From contig NC_042999.1 in assembly GCF_006345805.1 (NCBI RefSeq), positions 85,746,001-85,810,000 of the forward strand: a stretch of DNA of 64,000 nucleotides. Direction: 5' to 3'. A program made the translations under genes and the position numbers. Position 1 is the stretch's first letter. The number at the start of each line of letters is the position of its first letter. This document shows, piece after piece, positions 63,690 to 64,000 of the stretch. This stretch comes from Octopus sinensis (taxonomy: Eukaryota). The notes beneath the pieces are model-generated. The model worked only from the letters and a program-made list of their open reading frames with translations. It was not told the origin of the DNA and searched no databases.

Positions 63690-64000
63690 ATTCATTTCCT
63701 CCACAGTCCTCATCTTCATCTCCCTCCATATGGCCAACTGCCTCAGTTTGTGGTCAACCATCAAGAGGTATGTCCCCTGCCGGTAGTGCATCACATCCAC
63801 TGCCAGTCATTTCCAGTTGTGTTCTACTGGAATGCTTCCTGCCTTATGTATACCCAGAGTGGAGTCAATGGACTGGCACCTGTTGCAGCTCCCAACTACT
63901 CTCTGCACACTCTGCCTGGTTACGTCAGAGTCAACTTTCCTAGCTAGGAACAGGATCCTGTCCACTCACATGTGATGCATGGTATGATGTCTCCTCAGCT
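63690..64000 (-). mobile_element. Gypsy-type integrase fragment (runs off window)
   Basis: Minus-strand HH..VDR.L.LAR...V.RVV.SC..CQSID...NW.RLAVDV.HY...YL.MVD. Confidence 0.7.

Overview
AT-rich, repeat-dense eukaryotic DNA. The SINE families, (ATG)n-tailed RTE ends and long microsatellites resemble coleoid cephalopod (most likely Octopus) DNA; this assignment is from recognition, not a database search. Two intron-rich host genes were reconstructed by hand from splice sites and reading phase, and they lie head-to-head about 14.3 kb apart. On the minus strand is a complete adenylate kinase 2 gene (AK2; 5 exons, 27927->6723, 246 aa). On the plus strand is a peroxisomal acyl-CoA oxidase 1-like gene (exons 1-6 visible, 42206->62111, continuing past the window). 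Most other sequence is transposon-derived: a nearly intact 5'-truncated RTE LINE with a 10-bp TSD, a CRE-clade RT/REL element, piggyBac, Tigger/pogo, mariner and Helitron relics, a Helitron-N cluster, TTAA MITEs and several SINE families. The most unusual item is a young 1.94-kb Gypsy-type LTR element whose internal region is an in-frame Gag-integrase fusion with no protease, RT or RNase H. Also worth checking: several intronic dsRNA-forming structures next to exons, a decayed Penelope-type hammerhead ribozyme, and an apparent CpG step between the promoter domain and the gene bodies. No CRISPR, rRNA or real tRNA genes were seen. Most short ORFs in the track are repeat artefacts. TE boundaries are approximate unless a TSD or TIR is cited.
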